From positions 24,056,001 to 24,120,000 of the forward strand of contig CM119385.1 in the NCBI GenBank assembly GCA_051294905.1: a stretch of DNA of 64,000 nucleotides. The letters are read 5' to 3'. The stretch's first letter is position 1, and each line of letters begins with the position of its first letter. Below the pieces are notes generated by a model. That model worked only from the letters and a program-made list of their open reading frames with translations, ran no database searches and was not told the DNA's origin. The translations under genes were made by a program, and so were the position numbers. The DNA comes from Botryllus schlosseri (taxonomy: Eukaryota). Shown here in pieces: positions 50,301-63,971 of the stretch.

Positions 50301-53300
50301 GTATTGTGTAGCACAATTGCACTTACGTTCACATTATAGTGATTAGCACCAGCAAACTCTCAGCTAAGCGTTTGCCAAGGGAAGAGTTCATACCCGATTG
50401 TGTTCCAGTACCGTGCATCAGCGACCGTTACATTTTTTCGTGAATCTAGCGTGTGCGATCGAATAGCTCTTGTAGCATGTTGTTTAATACGTTCCTGTTT
50501 CGTGTATTCGACTTTCACATACATTTTGATGATATTTACGTAATGTGTATGCAGTCGATTATGCTTAATTAAGGCGGTTTGATCATGCTCATTTTTGAGA
50601 GAAACGGCTTTGTCCGATTTACGCTGAAAATCAATTGTTCGCTTCATGGTCATGCGTAAAGGCACGCAACGCATTCAAAATACTTTCCAACTGCGTTTTG
50701 GATTAATTGCAGCTGAACTATCTGCAGTAAAATGGTAAACGGCACAGATCGCATGAAATGCACATTAGTTATACCTTCGGGTTATTTGTACTGTAAGTAT
50801 TTCCGATGCCAGATCATCCAGCAAATTCTGTTGTGTAACTCACACGTACTGTACGTATAGTACTTTTTGATTTCCGAACCCACCACCGTAACTAACTGTC
50901 AAACTGTTCAGTGAGCAATTTCCATTTTTGTGCTACCCAATTAAAAGCGACTATATGAAGTTGGAACGGCCTTGTATGAGTTCATTGTCAATTGTTAGTG
51001 CATGGATCGTCATTGTTCGTCACTGTAATCACTCATCTTGTGTTAAAATGAACGAGGTACTGTTTATTGTGCCATAACGATAGGAATTGCGAGACTCTGT
51101 CTGAATTAACCGCAGTGTTTTACATGCAATTTTCACTTTTGTATATTGTATGTATATTAAAGTTTGCCATTGTACTTTCAGTATTACGTTGCTGCCAGCC
51201 CTACCTCTGACGGGACTCTGTATTACTCTGACCCGAACGCAAAACGAATCTACAAAATCCGCAACATGAACCCGCGACCTCGCAGCGGCCGCCAATCGTT
51301 ATCAGGCACCGACGTGGCCAGCAACATGGAGGTTGTGGCCGGAACCGGAGAAACTTGTTTGCCTCTCATGGAAGGAAAATGCGGAGATCGAGGACCGGCC
51401 CTGTCCGCCAAACTGTCCGGACCTCGCGGTTTGGTTGTGGACAGGCTGGGGCGAGTGTTCTTTGTGGATGGGACCGCAATTCGAGTTATAGGGACCGACG
51501 GAGTCATCGATACGTTCGCTGGTTCGCATAATACGGCCTCGTCTAGACCACTGCCTTGTGATGGTACGATCAGCCTCGATCAGGTATGTATTGTTTGTAG
51601 GGCTTTTTGCAGACTTGACAATTCTAGTTGGCTCATTACACAAATTAGATCGAAATGCGGGTGATACAATTCTAATTTAATTTCTGGTTTTCCTGAAAGC
51701 TACGGCAGAACTGTATCATGCGACACGAGCCAATCGTGCTGTTCAGACATTTGTCGTTCTCGTGCTTATGAGAATCCACTCTGATTTGGATATAAAAGAA
51801 TTTTATTCAATTTCCACGTTTTCACGGATTGAAAAATTATAATAGTAATCTAATTTTGAAAAACCTCTGCACCAATAATTATAGTTCTAGTCTAATTTGG
51901 AAGAAACTAGATTTAACTCTAATTGTAGTCTAATTTGGAAAACAATGTGAAGCTATCATTCTAACTTTGATTTCCTTTGGGAGCATTGAATCTCGATTGG
52001 TCGTAATAGAGCATCCAATGCATGTAGTATGGTGTTTCTTACCCTTTTTAGGGCTCATACCCCTTTAGATTTCAATAAAATTTCTCATTTAATTGCAAAC
52101 TTTGCTTGAAGGATTAAGGAATGCATCTGCGTCTGTCAAATTAAAAAGAGAATAAATACAGACTCGAAACATGAAAGTTCTTCTCTTCCAGCTCCAATTT
52201 GATTTCCCAACCGACGTGACGATGAACATGTTGGACGACTCTCTGTACGTGTTGGACTCAAACTTTGTGATTCGAATTGATACTCGAAACGAGCAAGCTT
52301 CTCTCGCGGCTGGAGTTCCGGTCGAGTGCGCTCGAAAAGCCTCGAAAATGTACGACGATCGAGACTCTAGGAGAGCGCCTTTGGTATCGCCAACCTCCAT
52401 CGTGTCATCCCCGCTGGACGGCAGCATCTATGTGGCTGAAGCTGACAACCAGTTCGTGAATAGGGTCCAAAGAATTGATCCATACGGGTGAGTATTGATT
52501 TGATATTGTTTAGTTGACTTAAATATACATTTGTGATCATAAAGTCCTGATATAAAGCTGTTGCATGCCATTTTGGACAACTGGATAATTCTATAGTTAA
52601 TTCTAATTAAACTAATTGAGCGAAATGCCAGTAATTTAATTCAAATCCAATTTGTGAAATGTTTATATGCTCGAAATATAATTATAATCGAATATCTGGT
52701 TTTCCTGATTTAATAAATATTAATTATTATTATTAACATATAGTTCAAGGTGAATTATGCAAATTGGCCATTCTGGCAATTTATTTAAGCGTGTATCAAT
52801 CTTGGCATCACTACCGAAGAAGTAGCTCTTGGTTTCCCCTCTTGGTAACCCCTGACTCCTGCAATATATCAGATTAAGCTACTTAGCATCCAGCATCCAC
52901 TGCATGGTTTTCCAAGTCAACACTGTCAATCAGCTCAAAAAGCTTCTGTTTTTAATATATTTACATGATGAAATGCATATGGTTCTATTCCACAATGTGT
53001 AATGTTCGCAGGTTCCGCATGTCCGTAGTAGCCGGGGGCAAATCCGGTTGCGATTGCCAGATGTCAGACTGCGATTGCTTCCAAGGCGACGGAGATTTCG
53101 GGAGAAACGCTCGTCTCAACACGCCTGCCGCCCTTGCTGCGAGTCCCAACGGGTCGGTTTTCGTCGCGGACCAACTCAACATGCGCATCCGGAGACTCGC
53201 TTACAATGTCCCGGATTCCGCGAGTCAGATTCGGATCGCAAACCCGGATTCAAACGAAGTCTATCTCTTCACGAACGACGGTTTTCATCGAACGACCCAA

Positions 53301-56300
53301 AACGTGATCACAGGAGAGACCGTTTACAATTTTACTTACAATTCCGACCGAAGCCTCTCCTCTATCACGGATGTTCACGGAAACCGACTGTCTATCGTCA
53401 CAGACAAAGACGACATGCCAGCCAAACTGGTGCTTCCTAACAGGAAAATACTAAAACTACAGTTCGATTCGGAAAGGAATCTGGAAAGAATCAGTGAAGG
53501 TTCGGGCTTTTGCAGTTTCATTTGAATATGATATATGATGATATTGATAATTTACATTCGAATAATATATATACTGTTATAGGAACTGTTTTGGATCTCT
53601 AATTTCGCAGCTACGCCACTCGTCATTTATGACTGCCTTGGCATGAGATTCCGTGCTTCTAAACACCTGTGCAGCTAAAAATAAAGTTCCCTCACTAACT
53701 CATGATAGCAGGACACGCAGGGTTCCGCTGTGAAAATAGTGTAAGGCCACCTGTCTTGTCATACATAATATTGCATTGGTTTTACAAGATATATGTCTAT
53801 CCTATAACCTATAGATCATTATAGATCACTTCAGTGTGCATTTTCATAATGCATCATCTATTTCCAGGTTTCTCCACGGATTTCGCATCTCTCTCGTACC
53901 AAGAAGTCGGACTTTTGCAATCCGCGACACTCGGCCGATCTCAATCTTCATTTTTCTTTTATGATGTGGACGGGAGACTCGTCTCCGCAGTATCGCCCAC
54001 TGGAGGCGTCACGAGACTGCACGCTTCAGCGAACGCGACCACGTGCGTGTTACTATCACGTCATTCGCATCATAGATGTCTGACTATAGGCTAGATTTCG
54101 GCAGCTCGGTTAAGGATTATGATTTCGTCTTAGGAAGGCTATTTTCGGGTAGTTGCAATGCCCTGGCCAGATTAAAATCTATATTTTTGAATTCAGCGTG
54201 ACATTAGCTTTCGTTTGAGACCTTTTTAAATAAGTTTGGCCTTTGGCGCTCTGGTCACAATCTATAAGACGACCATAATAGAATAGTATTACGTCACTCT
54301 TGCCATGGATTTCCGACTATAGGCTAGATGTCGGCCGGATTTTCGTTTTTTAACCGCTATTTTTGGGCAGTTGCAATACCCTGACTACATTATAAGGTAT
54401 ATTTTCGGAATCATTGCGACGGTAGCTGCCGTGCTAGACCGGTTTTAGTAAATGTTGCGCTCACTGACTAACCTGTAGGCTAGAAACTCGGAGTTCCACG
54501 AAAATTGAGTATTTTCGCCTTCTAACGGCTATTTCGGGAAGTTGCAGTGCCTTGACCAGATTATATTCTATGTTTGTGGAATCGGTGCGACTGTTTCTTT
54601 TGTTTTAGACCTGTTTTAAAAAAATTTGCGTGTGCGTGTACATGTGCCTTACGTGATGAATATATCATTATTATTACTACATACAATTTTGTTGAGTTTC
54701 GCATTTTGTATGATCGCAGACGAACCGTGACAATGACAAAAGCATCGACCTCGGTCGGCAACCCTGAAGAAAACCAAAATGGCGTTGGTTCTCGATCGGT
54801 GGTTATCGCGACGCAACCGGGCCACTTGTGCGATATCGTGACGACGCAGGAGGGCGAGATGCGGGCCACGTACGAACGTTGGAGCGACAACTCGATCTCG
54901 GTTCGATTTCTGGACGGATCCGAGCTCGTTTTGGAGACGAAACCGCATCCGGTGCTGGGTCTGACCGCGCCTTATCTCGCGAAACGGACCGTGCATCTGC
55001 CAAGCGACCCGATTGAGAACAATATCGAGTGGAGGAGAAGGAAGCAAATCGAGAGCGGAGGTCGGCAGATTTGTGCAATTTGCAAAACGCGTGACCACTC
55101 ACAACTAGAACTGCGATTGGCGACTTTTCAGAAATTTCAATTTCAAATAGAAACACACTCACTTTTCAGAATGAATTTACAACTAGAACTAGCTCACTGT
55201 AGAAAACTGGCTAAAACTAAAACTTTCCACAAATCGCAACAAGAACTTCAACTATCCACTTTTCCAAACTAGCAACTGTAACACGTGTTCCTACTTATTC
55301 GGAAATGCGAAACTACAAATAGAACGCTTTTCAAAATCCACAACTAGCACAAGAAGTAATGTCGCGCGATCTTGCCAGGCGCGCAAAACCTGCTGCTCGG
55401 AAGAAGGATGCGAGTGAACGGACGCAACATCCTCTCGCTGGATTACTCGCAAAACTACAAGATGGAGAAGATCTACGACGACCACACAAAGTTCGTGCTC
55501 CGGATCAAGGTGAGTCGGGCAAACTAAGGCTTTAACGTGATAGTTCTTTCGCACCCTCCCAATGTATTTCAGTCTTTATCATATTAGCGCAGGGCCGGCC
55601 AACCCGTGGCCCGCGGGCCACATGTGGCCCGCGAGAAGGTTTTGAGTGGCCCGCGAGGTAATTTCCGAAATTTCTACTATCATCAAAAATGGATTGCACA
55701 GATTGTGAACTTGCAAGGCCAACCAAAAATTTGATTAGTCTGGCCGCAACACTTGAGATGTGATGACTAAAATATCAGTTTCGACTCATTGACAGATCCA
55801 TCAACTATTCACATATTGGTAGCCTATATCTTCGTACACTACAATAAAGCAGAATAATTTGCGACAGATTTATCAAAGGTAAAAAAATTCTACAAGCTTT
55901 TAGCGCAATATGTTGTCACTCGATTTCTTGTTTTTAAAATTGTCGCCCTTTTGTGAAAATTGAAGGACACCCTATGTATCAGATTGAGTCTAACTATATT
56001 CGCGATTACGAGACAAAGTGTCGTTCAACATATATGCGACATTGCGTTTGCGCTCGCACTAAAACCGTCGACCGTGAAACCTAGGCACGAAATGATTGAC
56101 GCATGTTGGTCGCAGCTTTCGATATCGATATGTCCATGCGCCGAATAGCCCAGCCCTCGCAAACTTAGCCTAACGATAAACAGCAATATAGTCAAGTAAC
56201 AATATTATTGACCTATAAAACTTCAAACAATTTTCGCGCTTCGCGCGGATAGTGGCCCGCGCAAAAGTTCGTCAATCGAATGTGGCCCTTTGGCTGAAAA

Positions 56301-59300
56301 GGTTGGCCAGCCCTGTATTAGCGTCACCCGTACTACGATCAGATTTACAAACTGCAAATCTCGGGATATTGAACAGTCAGACGAATAATTGCTATCTGTT
56401 CAAGTATAAATTATTTGAACGCATTCTAATTACAATTAAAATGAGTCGGAGTATTTCATCTCAGACGACTATTTGATTGATGCGAGGCCTGAAGATTTCG
56501 CAATTATGAAGCGAATCTGTCCCATGCTTTTCCTAATTTGAAAATAATAAAAAAATTAGGTTATTACGAAGTTAGAGATTACCGCGGAACCCCTGAAAAT
56601 GCTTTGCTGACCCCCGGTTGAGAACCCCCGCTCTACACTATATGAATGTAACTCATTTCCACGGATTGCAATCGTGACAGTTCCCGGAAGTGACATTTAC
56701 CAGTCCAAAACTGCTTTGTAAATTCGCGGAAAAGACTTCCTTTTGTGTTAAAAAGTGCATTACTTACGAAAAACATCGTCATTTGAGAGGTATTAGAAAA
56801 CTGCAAGCGCTATATTTTTCTGAACAGTACAACAACCACGGACTGCCCACTCTGTGGATGCCCCCGAAAGGCATCACCCCCGTGAACGTGACCTACGACC
56901 GCTACGGACATCCCGTGACTTGGGAGCGCGGACCCAACCACGAGACTGTCACCTACGATGACGAGGGCCGCGTCACGAGTCTCACTACGGCTGACGGCGC
57001 CGTTTGGACCTTCCTCAACCAGGGAGATGTGAGTTCATTATTCATATCTCTTGTTATGCCCTAGTTTTGATTGGTTCGATAATGTTACTGTTGTTTGTCC
57101 TAAATTCCCGTTCGTTCCTTTGATTTTGTGTCAGCGTTTCATTCATTGTCTGTTATGTCATTGTTGTCCCTCAGGTGGTCCAAATGACGTCGCCAGGATC
57201 TCGATCTCGTTCCACTTTTTCTTTCGACTCGTTCGGAAACCTGCTCAGGACCACGCTGCCCTCTGGCGACACCTACCGGATCACCAGACTGCTGGCCGCG
57301 GGGTTCGTGAGGACGGTGCTGGAGACACCCAGTGGCGAGAAGACCAACATCGACCGCGACTCCCACGGCCACGTTCTGATGACGTCACGGAGCGGGGAGG
57401 GGCGGAAAGTCGTCTACCGGTACGACTCTCGCGGCCATCTAGCGGCCGTGCTCCACGACAAGAGGGCGCTGACTCTCGTTCGAGATCCGAGGAGCGGCGA
57501 GCTGCTCTCTTTGTCCGACGGTGACGTCACGACCAGACTGACGAGGAACGGGCCCCTGATCGAGAGCGTGATCGTGACGTCACGTGCGCCGGGTCGCGGG
57601 GAGGTCGCGGCCCGATTCTCGTTTCGGTTCGATTCGAACTTCCGACTGAAAAGTTCGACGGCGACGATCAATTCGACTTCGTTGGCGACGGACGAGGTTT
57701 CGTTCGACGACGTCTCGGGGAAAGTTTCCTCGTTCGGTTCGTTTTCGGTTCTGTATTATCGAACGAACTTGTACGTCGTGTCGAAGCAAGACCTCGTTTA
57801 CACGAAGGAGCGCGACTACAACGGACGACCGATCAAAGTCGAGCTCGACATTTACAGGTTCGTTCTTTCAGTCTTCATCAGCTCCTGGAACTCATGACAA
57901 CTCTGACGCACTTTATATCTGAACCAGAGTCAAACTGGAAGACGAATGGCATGTTCCGGCAACCTTGAAAACGATAGAACTATCTAAAAAACTATCTATT
58001 ACTTTCCTATCTATCAGAAACCCGGTTTTCTTGCTGATGGTTCAGTGACTGGCCACTATCATTGGCAGTTGGTCTCAAAACTACATTCATTGAAGTATCA
58101 TTTAGTGACCAGAACACTTTTTGTTTGTATTGTGCTATTTCTTTTCCGTTATTGCTTGAGGAAACAACTCTGTCTGTCACAAACCCATTGTTCTCGCCAA
58201 AGTTGTGCTCAAACTTACTTGTCACTTAGTAAATCCAACACTTTTTGTGTGTCCACTATCAAGTGTTGATCACAATTGTGTTGTCTTCAAGACAATATAT
58301 TATTTAATGATAGCCTATATTGAATTTTTATCAACAAGTGCCTCAAAGAGTCGAAACTTATGTCCAGAAACCCCATGTTCCTGCTGATGGTTCAGTACGA
58401 CGCCATGGGCCGGATCTCGACCCAGACCGTGCGAATAGGACCTCAGTCCAACGTAACAGAATCAAACTACCGCTACGAACGAAACGGACTCGTCAGCAGA
58501 GTTTCGGAACGAATCGGAAAGGAGCAGCTGATCTGGAAGTATTTCTACAACGCCGACGGCAAATTGCTCACCAAACAACGCGGATCCGCGGTCACAAAGA
58601 TCACTTACAAGGGAGGAAGGTACCCGTCATTCTTTCCGCTATTGCTCATACTTATCTAGGTGTAGGGACTGTCCTATTGAATGTTCCAAAAGTATATAGG
58701 TTCATTACTGTTTTGTGTCAAATCATACAGCGTAAAGCGTAATCAGCTACAATCATATTGTTATCTTAAGAGGGGATCGAAAACTAGATATGCTGCGAAT
58801 CAAAATGGCGGAGTCTTCCCCAGTCATATAAGGTAGTTCATGCACTAATCCACCCTAATGGGTTTTCATGTATTTACATATTGAGTATAAAATGTATATT
58901 CACATTGGAATTCCATGTTTGACATGTAAAACAACGAATTTCTCCTTTTCAGAGTTGCGGCTTGTGGCTCGATCGCGTACTCGTTCGACAGAGACGGCTT
59001 CCTTCAACAGAGGGGTGAACAATGGTTCGAGTTCGATTCTCTCGGTCATCTCGTCCAAGCCTTCTCCAAAGACGAAGCTTATCGGGTACGCGCTCGCGCA
59101 TTGAACCGCGTGCTCGAACGCCGAGTTTTTACCGAGAATTCGACTTTTCAGATCTCTTACGGATACGACGGGTTCGGACGACTGTCTTCGCGGTTGGACC
59201 AGAAAGCCAATCAAGTGCTCAAGTTCTATTACGCTGATATATCGAACCCCACGCGACTGACGCATTATTTCAACTCTTCTTCCGGTAATTGCCTATGGCT

Positions 59301-62300
59301 CTGATCTCTGAAACGTAGAAAGTAGTTTGAGAATTAGTATTAAGAATACCTTTTGTAAAATTTCAAATCTCTTTTTAAAGATTGCGCCTACTTGTAGTGT
59401 CATTAGCATTTTCAGTCCTGAAATTTCGAAGGCAGCTACCTTTTATGAACCGGTAAACCTACTGAAATTCACCTTTCAGATCTTTCATTGATATATTATT
59501 TCAAATTTATTTTCCAAGGTTGCGCCTATTTGTAGTGTCATTAGCATTTTTCAAATTAGATTATTATTGTAATTGGCAAAAAAAAATGCAGCTACACTTC
59601 AACAATAATTGAATTCGCAAGAATTAGGATATTGAATAGAATTCAGGATCAGAAAGTTCAAATCAGAGTTCATTCTGACAAGCATGAAAATCACAAACGT
59701 CTGTAGCTTGTGGTCTAACTAATGAATGCAATTGTCCAAGTCTCAACCATTTTTTGTCTATCAAGGATTGGTCGCAACATTTCGCTACGACATGGAGGGC
59801 GTTGTCATGGCCATGGATCTTAGCGACGGTGAGACTCTGCTGATTGTTTGCGATCACAATCGAAGTCCGCGTGCCGTTTTCGACGGAGTTCGCAGAATTG
59901 CAAAAGAGATTCGGTCTGTATTCTGGCTTTGCATTTTCACGGGACTCGTGTGACTCGATTTTTGACTCGTTTCCAGGTACTCTCCGTTCGGGGAGGTGGT
60001 ACGCGACTCAAACGAAGCTTTCCGCATTGTGCTCGGATATCGAGGAGGAATTTATGACCCGGACACGAGGCTGGTGCATTTCGCTGAACGCTCCACCATG
60101 CAACAGAGCCTCGGATCGCAAGAAAACTACATGTACGGAGCCGGATATTTGCCCGGTGTCGATTACGATCCGATGATTGGACAAAGCGCGACTCCTGACT
60201 ATTCGGATCTGCTCGGAAAACGACGGAGAATCGTGAGGCCTGTGCGAGACTACCAGGTAATCCCACGTTTCGCTAAAATTAATCGATTTGGTAGATATTG
60301 GAAATAACGGACACAAGTTTAGTTCTAAAATATGACAATTGAATTCTGTAGTATATCTCCATGAAGCCACTTAAAACATGAAAATGCAGTGCAATAGTAG
60401 CCTGCCGGTGATACGAGCATTAGGACATCTAGTGAGCCGGTCGCGTTATACGGTAAAGAATATGTCTAATAATATACTCAAATGTCATATGCACATGAAA
60501 TACATGTATCCCATATTTGTGTTTTAGGGTTGTTCAAAATAACTTCTTTTTCCGGATTCCGGGGATTCACCGATTACGTTGTTAGGTTGCCTAAAAAAAA
60601 TACTACACACCAAACTTGGCTCGATTCCAGCTGGTAGATGTAAGAAATGTATTTCACAATTTACTGCCCATGAAATTGTTGAGTTGTCAACAAAAACGAT
60701 GCAAAACAAATTCGACGCAATTCCAACCCGTAGAATTGAAGTGATTTGAGTTTTTCATTCGTAATTCTGGAATCCAGGCTATTTTTGCGAATCCAAAATT
60801 TTCAATTGCAATCACCCCGTTTCTACTGTTGGAAGGGAGCAAAAATGGTGAAGCAAGCATCGTTCTTATCTGCTCAATAAAAGTAAATTAAAAATATCAA
60901 AATTATTTCCAGCGGCAGACGCAAAATGATGTATGACACTACGAATGAGTGTCATTTTAGAAAAAGAACATTTGGTATTTCCCGTTCTTTCCAGATCTGG
61001 GACCCCGTGAACCCCGAGCCTCCTTACGACCAGATGACCCGAGTCAGCAGCTGGCTGGAAGCGCTCGGATTCAAACTTCAAAACGTGGCCCCGGACCCGA
61101 AGATCAACGAACGTCAAAAGGTATTTGAGTGTAATCAGAGGCTGCCAGAGTATTCATTGCCGGTATTAAGTAGAAGTCGTCTATTTTACACAAGTAGAAG
61201 TAGCGATGTCCAAGTAAGCCTAGTTTTGCCTAGATCAGAGGTCTCAAACTCAAATGTGCTCGCGGGCCAATTTCCTACTTTTTGATGGCGCCGCTGGCCG
61301 CAGCACCGATAGAGGAATTCAATGTCTTTCCAAGTAGGCCTTACTTGACGGGACTTTGCAGGCATTCCACACACATCGTGAAAATGGGATTAACTATTGT
61401 GAATTCACGCCTGGCACGAAAAAAATCAAATTTTAATATATTTGAATAAAATTGTTACTGTACTTGCCATAGTTTCTGTATATTTAGTTGTAGACACAAA
61501 AACATAGTACAAATGCATCAGTACATCGTAGAAGCTGTCGCGTTAAAATTTTGCAGCTAGCGGACTTTTGACTGTCACAATAGAATATTTTAGTAGAATA
61601 TTTTAGCAGTACAGCTTAATCCAGGTTTCGGGCATGCATACTCCTGATAACTACGGTATTCATCAATTCATTACCAAAGTCAAATTAAATCAGCGTTAGA
61701 TTTATTACCTTCGAGCATTGCAACAAATCTATAACAATTTGAATATAATGATTACTGTGCCATAGCATTACATATGTCAATTCGCCGAAGAATCCATTGG
61801 TGTTACAGCTGTGAAAGCTACGACTACTTTATACTCGCCACATTTATTGGCGATGGTAACAAGGATAAAGATACCCAAGATGACACAGAATGTAACTAAC
61901 TATACATCAAGAGGTAACATATCGCCTATGTTTGCCATGACGGGCAGCTTCGATATCTAAATAAGCTACGCAACACAAGCTAAGACCTTTTAGTCGCGGG
62001 CCGCGTGTTTGAGACCTCTGGCCTAGATACTCAAATCTCATAAGTAGAAGAATCCTAATATAACCACTAGAGTAATTAACGTAGGCAAAACCTACTTGAG
62101 TACTCTGAAAAGGTACAAGTACCTCGTTTAGGACCTCTTCTGCTTAGCGTCCAGATGTAGCCTTTCTAGTTTATTTCATGTCGAAGCAGAGCCATGGCAC
62201 GGAAGCTGTTCGAACATCTCAAGTTTTACAAATGTGCCTTCGGCTAGATGCCATATCTTTTCAATATAGAGGAGTTATGAAGCAAAGAGATTCGATTTTA

Positions 62301-63777
62301 GTATCATTTACCACAAGTCAGACGCTTTTTCGTTGGAGATATCAAACGTCAGATTTTCAACTGAATGAAAGTTTGTAACGTAATTTTCTACATGATGTGC
62401 AATAGAGAGTTCATAATCTACTGTAAACATGCGTCACAATGGTCCAAGTGTTGTACGAAACCGTTAAAAAGTAGCGTACAACCAGTTACACGTGACAGCT
62501 ACAGAGACGTTGAAACAAAATATTCGTTATTTTTCGATGACGCAATGAAACGAAACTATAGTAAGGTTGAGAAGCACTGATATAGACTAGCGGTTAACAG
62601 ATTTGTCGGTATTGGATAAAAAACTCATCAGTTGCTCATAATACAAATCCTGTATATGTATTTATTCCCGATCGGCTGGGCTCTGATCATTGCGCTATAT
62701 GCTGCAGGACAAATCTTCTGTGGAATGCCAGCTGTCTCACCATCTGCGGACGTACATCAACCTGCAGACCGTGGCTCCGTCCAGTCTCGTTCCTCAAGTC
62801 CGGACCAAATCAACCAGCGTCGCCAGTGAGTCATTTATATTGCCTTTCTTGTTGTCTAACTGAATGAATTCCAGTGAAATCACCGTGATATGTTTACGTA
62901 CTCTCGTTTGAATCTAATTTTAGGTTTCCCTGAAAATGCTACGTGAGAACTGTATCTCGCGAAATGCTGGGATTTCGAAACTTACTGAAATGAGCTTATG
63001 CAGTACGATGTTTTATCTCAAAGCGCCATTCGCATGATATCAGCTGTGTTATGGAGCAGAACTTATCGCTTCATATGATATACTCAGCATTCCTCTTGAT
63101 TTCGCTCCTTAGGTCTTGCGGAATCTAACGACAAATCCTTGTTTTCAGATGGAGCGATCTTCGCTCAAGGTCTCGTTCTTTCCGCGGACCGAGGATTCTT
63201 GTCGAGCAACGTGGCTGCGAACATCGCGACGAACGACGTTAAACGAATCGGATCCGTTTTGAACGGAGGACGAATCTTGATAGGACGACAGGCCGACACG
63301 CCCCACGCGCACATGGCCTTCACCAGCTCCGGCAAACCCGTTCTTTACGTCGCGAAACCCTCGGACAGTCTGAGAGCCGACAGAGCCGCGTTGACGATGA
63401 CCTCGTCGAGCAGGAATCTGGACGGAGGATATTCAGCGACCTCGCAGCGGACCACGATCAACGTGCGGCTCGAGGGCAATGTCATGACGCTGTCAACGCA
63501 ATCCTGCGTCGTCAAAGTCATCTACACGAGCGATGAAGATTCGGAAGGATCGAGAATCGTTGAAAACGCTCGAGCTGCGTCGGAAATCGCCGCGTGGCGT
63601 TTGCAAAAGTCTCGAGCGGAACAATCTAGGGCCAAAGGTCGTTGGAACTTGGGGCAGGTTTCGGAGTTGAGACGAGTCGGGAAAGTCTCCGGATTCCGAG
63701 CAGATTTCTTTTGGGCCGTCGAGAAATATCCGGAGTTTGCGGACTCGGCAAGAAACATGGAGTTCAAACCATCGTGA
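38313..63777 (+). CDS. TENM: Teneurin (Ten-m/Odz family type II membrane protein), 32 exons traced here; 5' part lies upstream
   Basis: Phase-consistent GT..AG exons: 38313-38719, 38776-38909, 39817-39954, 40017-40150, 40620-40715, 41394-41578, 42790-43066, 43599-43793, 44241-44435, 45257(or 45317)-45505, 46061-46210, 46606-46801, 46997-47116, 47367-47652, 48326-48593, 49317-49568, 50058-50209, 51182-51583, 52192-52487, 53012-53499, 53868-54042, 54720-55060, 55379-55509, 56828-57028, 57175-57857, 58368-58619, 58953-59284, 59766-59913, 59977-60256, 60995-61120, 62708-62825, 63113(or 63149)-63777. Hallmarks: CSWKCAAL plus TM helix, RSKR furin-type site, 8 EGF repeats, [11 protein letters not shown] repeats, YD repeats and a C-terminal [13 protein letters not shown]. 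Confidence 0.96.
40017..40150 (+). other. Teneurin transmembrane exon
   Basis: [32 protein letters not shown], bounded by TTCAG| and |GTGAG. Confidence 0.9.
42970..46210 (+). other. Teneurin EGF-like repeats 1-8, spread over five exons
   Basis: From [18 protein letters not shown] (EGF1) through [32 protein letters not shown] (EGF8). EGF2 has the usual Cys-to-Tyr change ([10 protein letters not shown]). Confidence 0.92.
49317..53499 (+). other. Teneurin NHL beta-propeller region
   Basis: [55 protein letters not shown] and [28 protein letters not shown]. Confidence 0.9.
54075..54590. repeat. Three diverged tandem copies of a ~150-230-bp unit inside a teneurin intron
   Basis: Shared (C/G)TA(T/-)AGGCTAGA...GATTTTCG...GCTATTT.GGG.AGTTGCA.T.CC.TG.C.A.ATTA core near 54085, 54315 and 54470. 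Confidence 0.7.
55590..56315. mobile_element. hAT (Charlie-like) non-autonomous element, 726 bp, intronic
   Basis: TIRs CAGGGCCGGCCAACC / GGTTGGCCAGCCCTG, a perfect 8-bp TSD TATTAGCG and GGCCCGCG subterminal repeats. Confidence 0.93.
61236..62020. mobile_element. hAT (Charlie-like) non-autonomous element, 785 bp, intronic, inserted into an older repeat
   Basis: Perfect 14-bp TIR CAGAGGTCTCAAAC and a perfect 8-bp TSD GCCTAGAT. Confidence 0.93.
63113..63777 (+). other. Teneurin terminal exon (Tox-GHH / TCAP-like region)
   Basis: [16 protein letters not shown]...[18 protein letters not shown]...[18 protein letters not shown]-stop. Confidence 0.88.
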
Positions 63778-63798
63778 CAAAACTAGTCGACTCCGCGC

Positions 63799-63971
63799 CA
63801 GACTTGTGCAAACTGCTTTGCAGATATCCAACTACGTTTCAGTGATACTAAAACTACAACGGGTCCCTTTCTCCCACTTGCTGTGCAATCGTCCTGGTAA
63901 GGTAATGCAAACACAGCACAAACCATTACTTTGCAAACAAAACGACTCGATCCGTAGTTTGCACAAGTCTG
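63799..63971. mobile_element. MITE-like inverted repeat just downstream of the teneurin stop codon
   Basis: CGCCAGACTTGTGCAAACT (63796-63814) and AGTTTGCACAAGTCTGGCG (63956-63974) form a perfect 19-bp inverted pair of the same family as 31633-31748. No TSD was seen. Confidence 0.7.

Larger units (their letters stand above)
53868..60256 (+). other. Teneurin YD/RHS-repeat shell region
   Basis: Repeated YDxxG motifs (YDVDGRL, YDRYGHP, YDDEGRV, YDSRGHL, YDAMGRI, YDMEG) and [16 protein letters not shown]. Confidence 0.9.

Noticed and set aside
53868-63777. RHS/YD shell plus Tox-GHH as a novel bacterial-type toxin system or contamination
   Set aside because: This is the well-known architecture of teneurins, and it is split here by spliceosomal introns.
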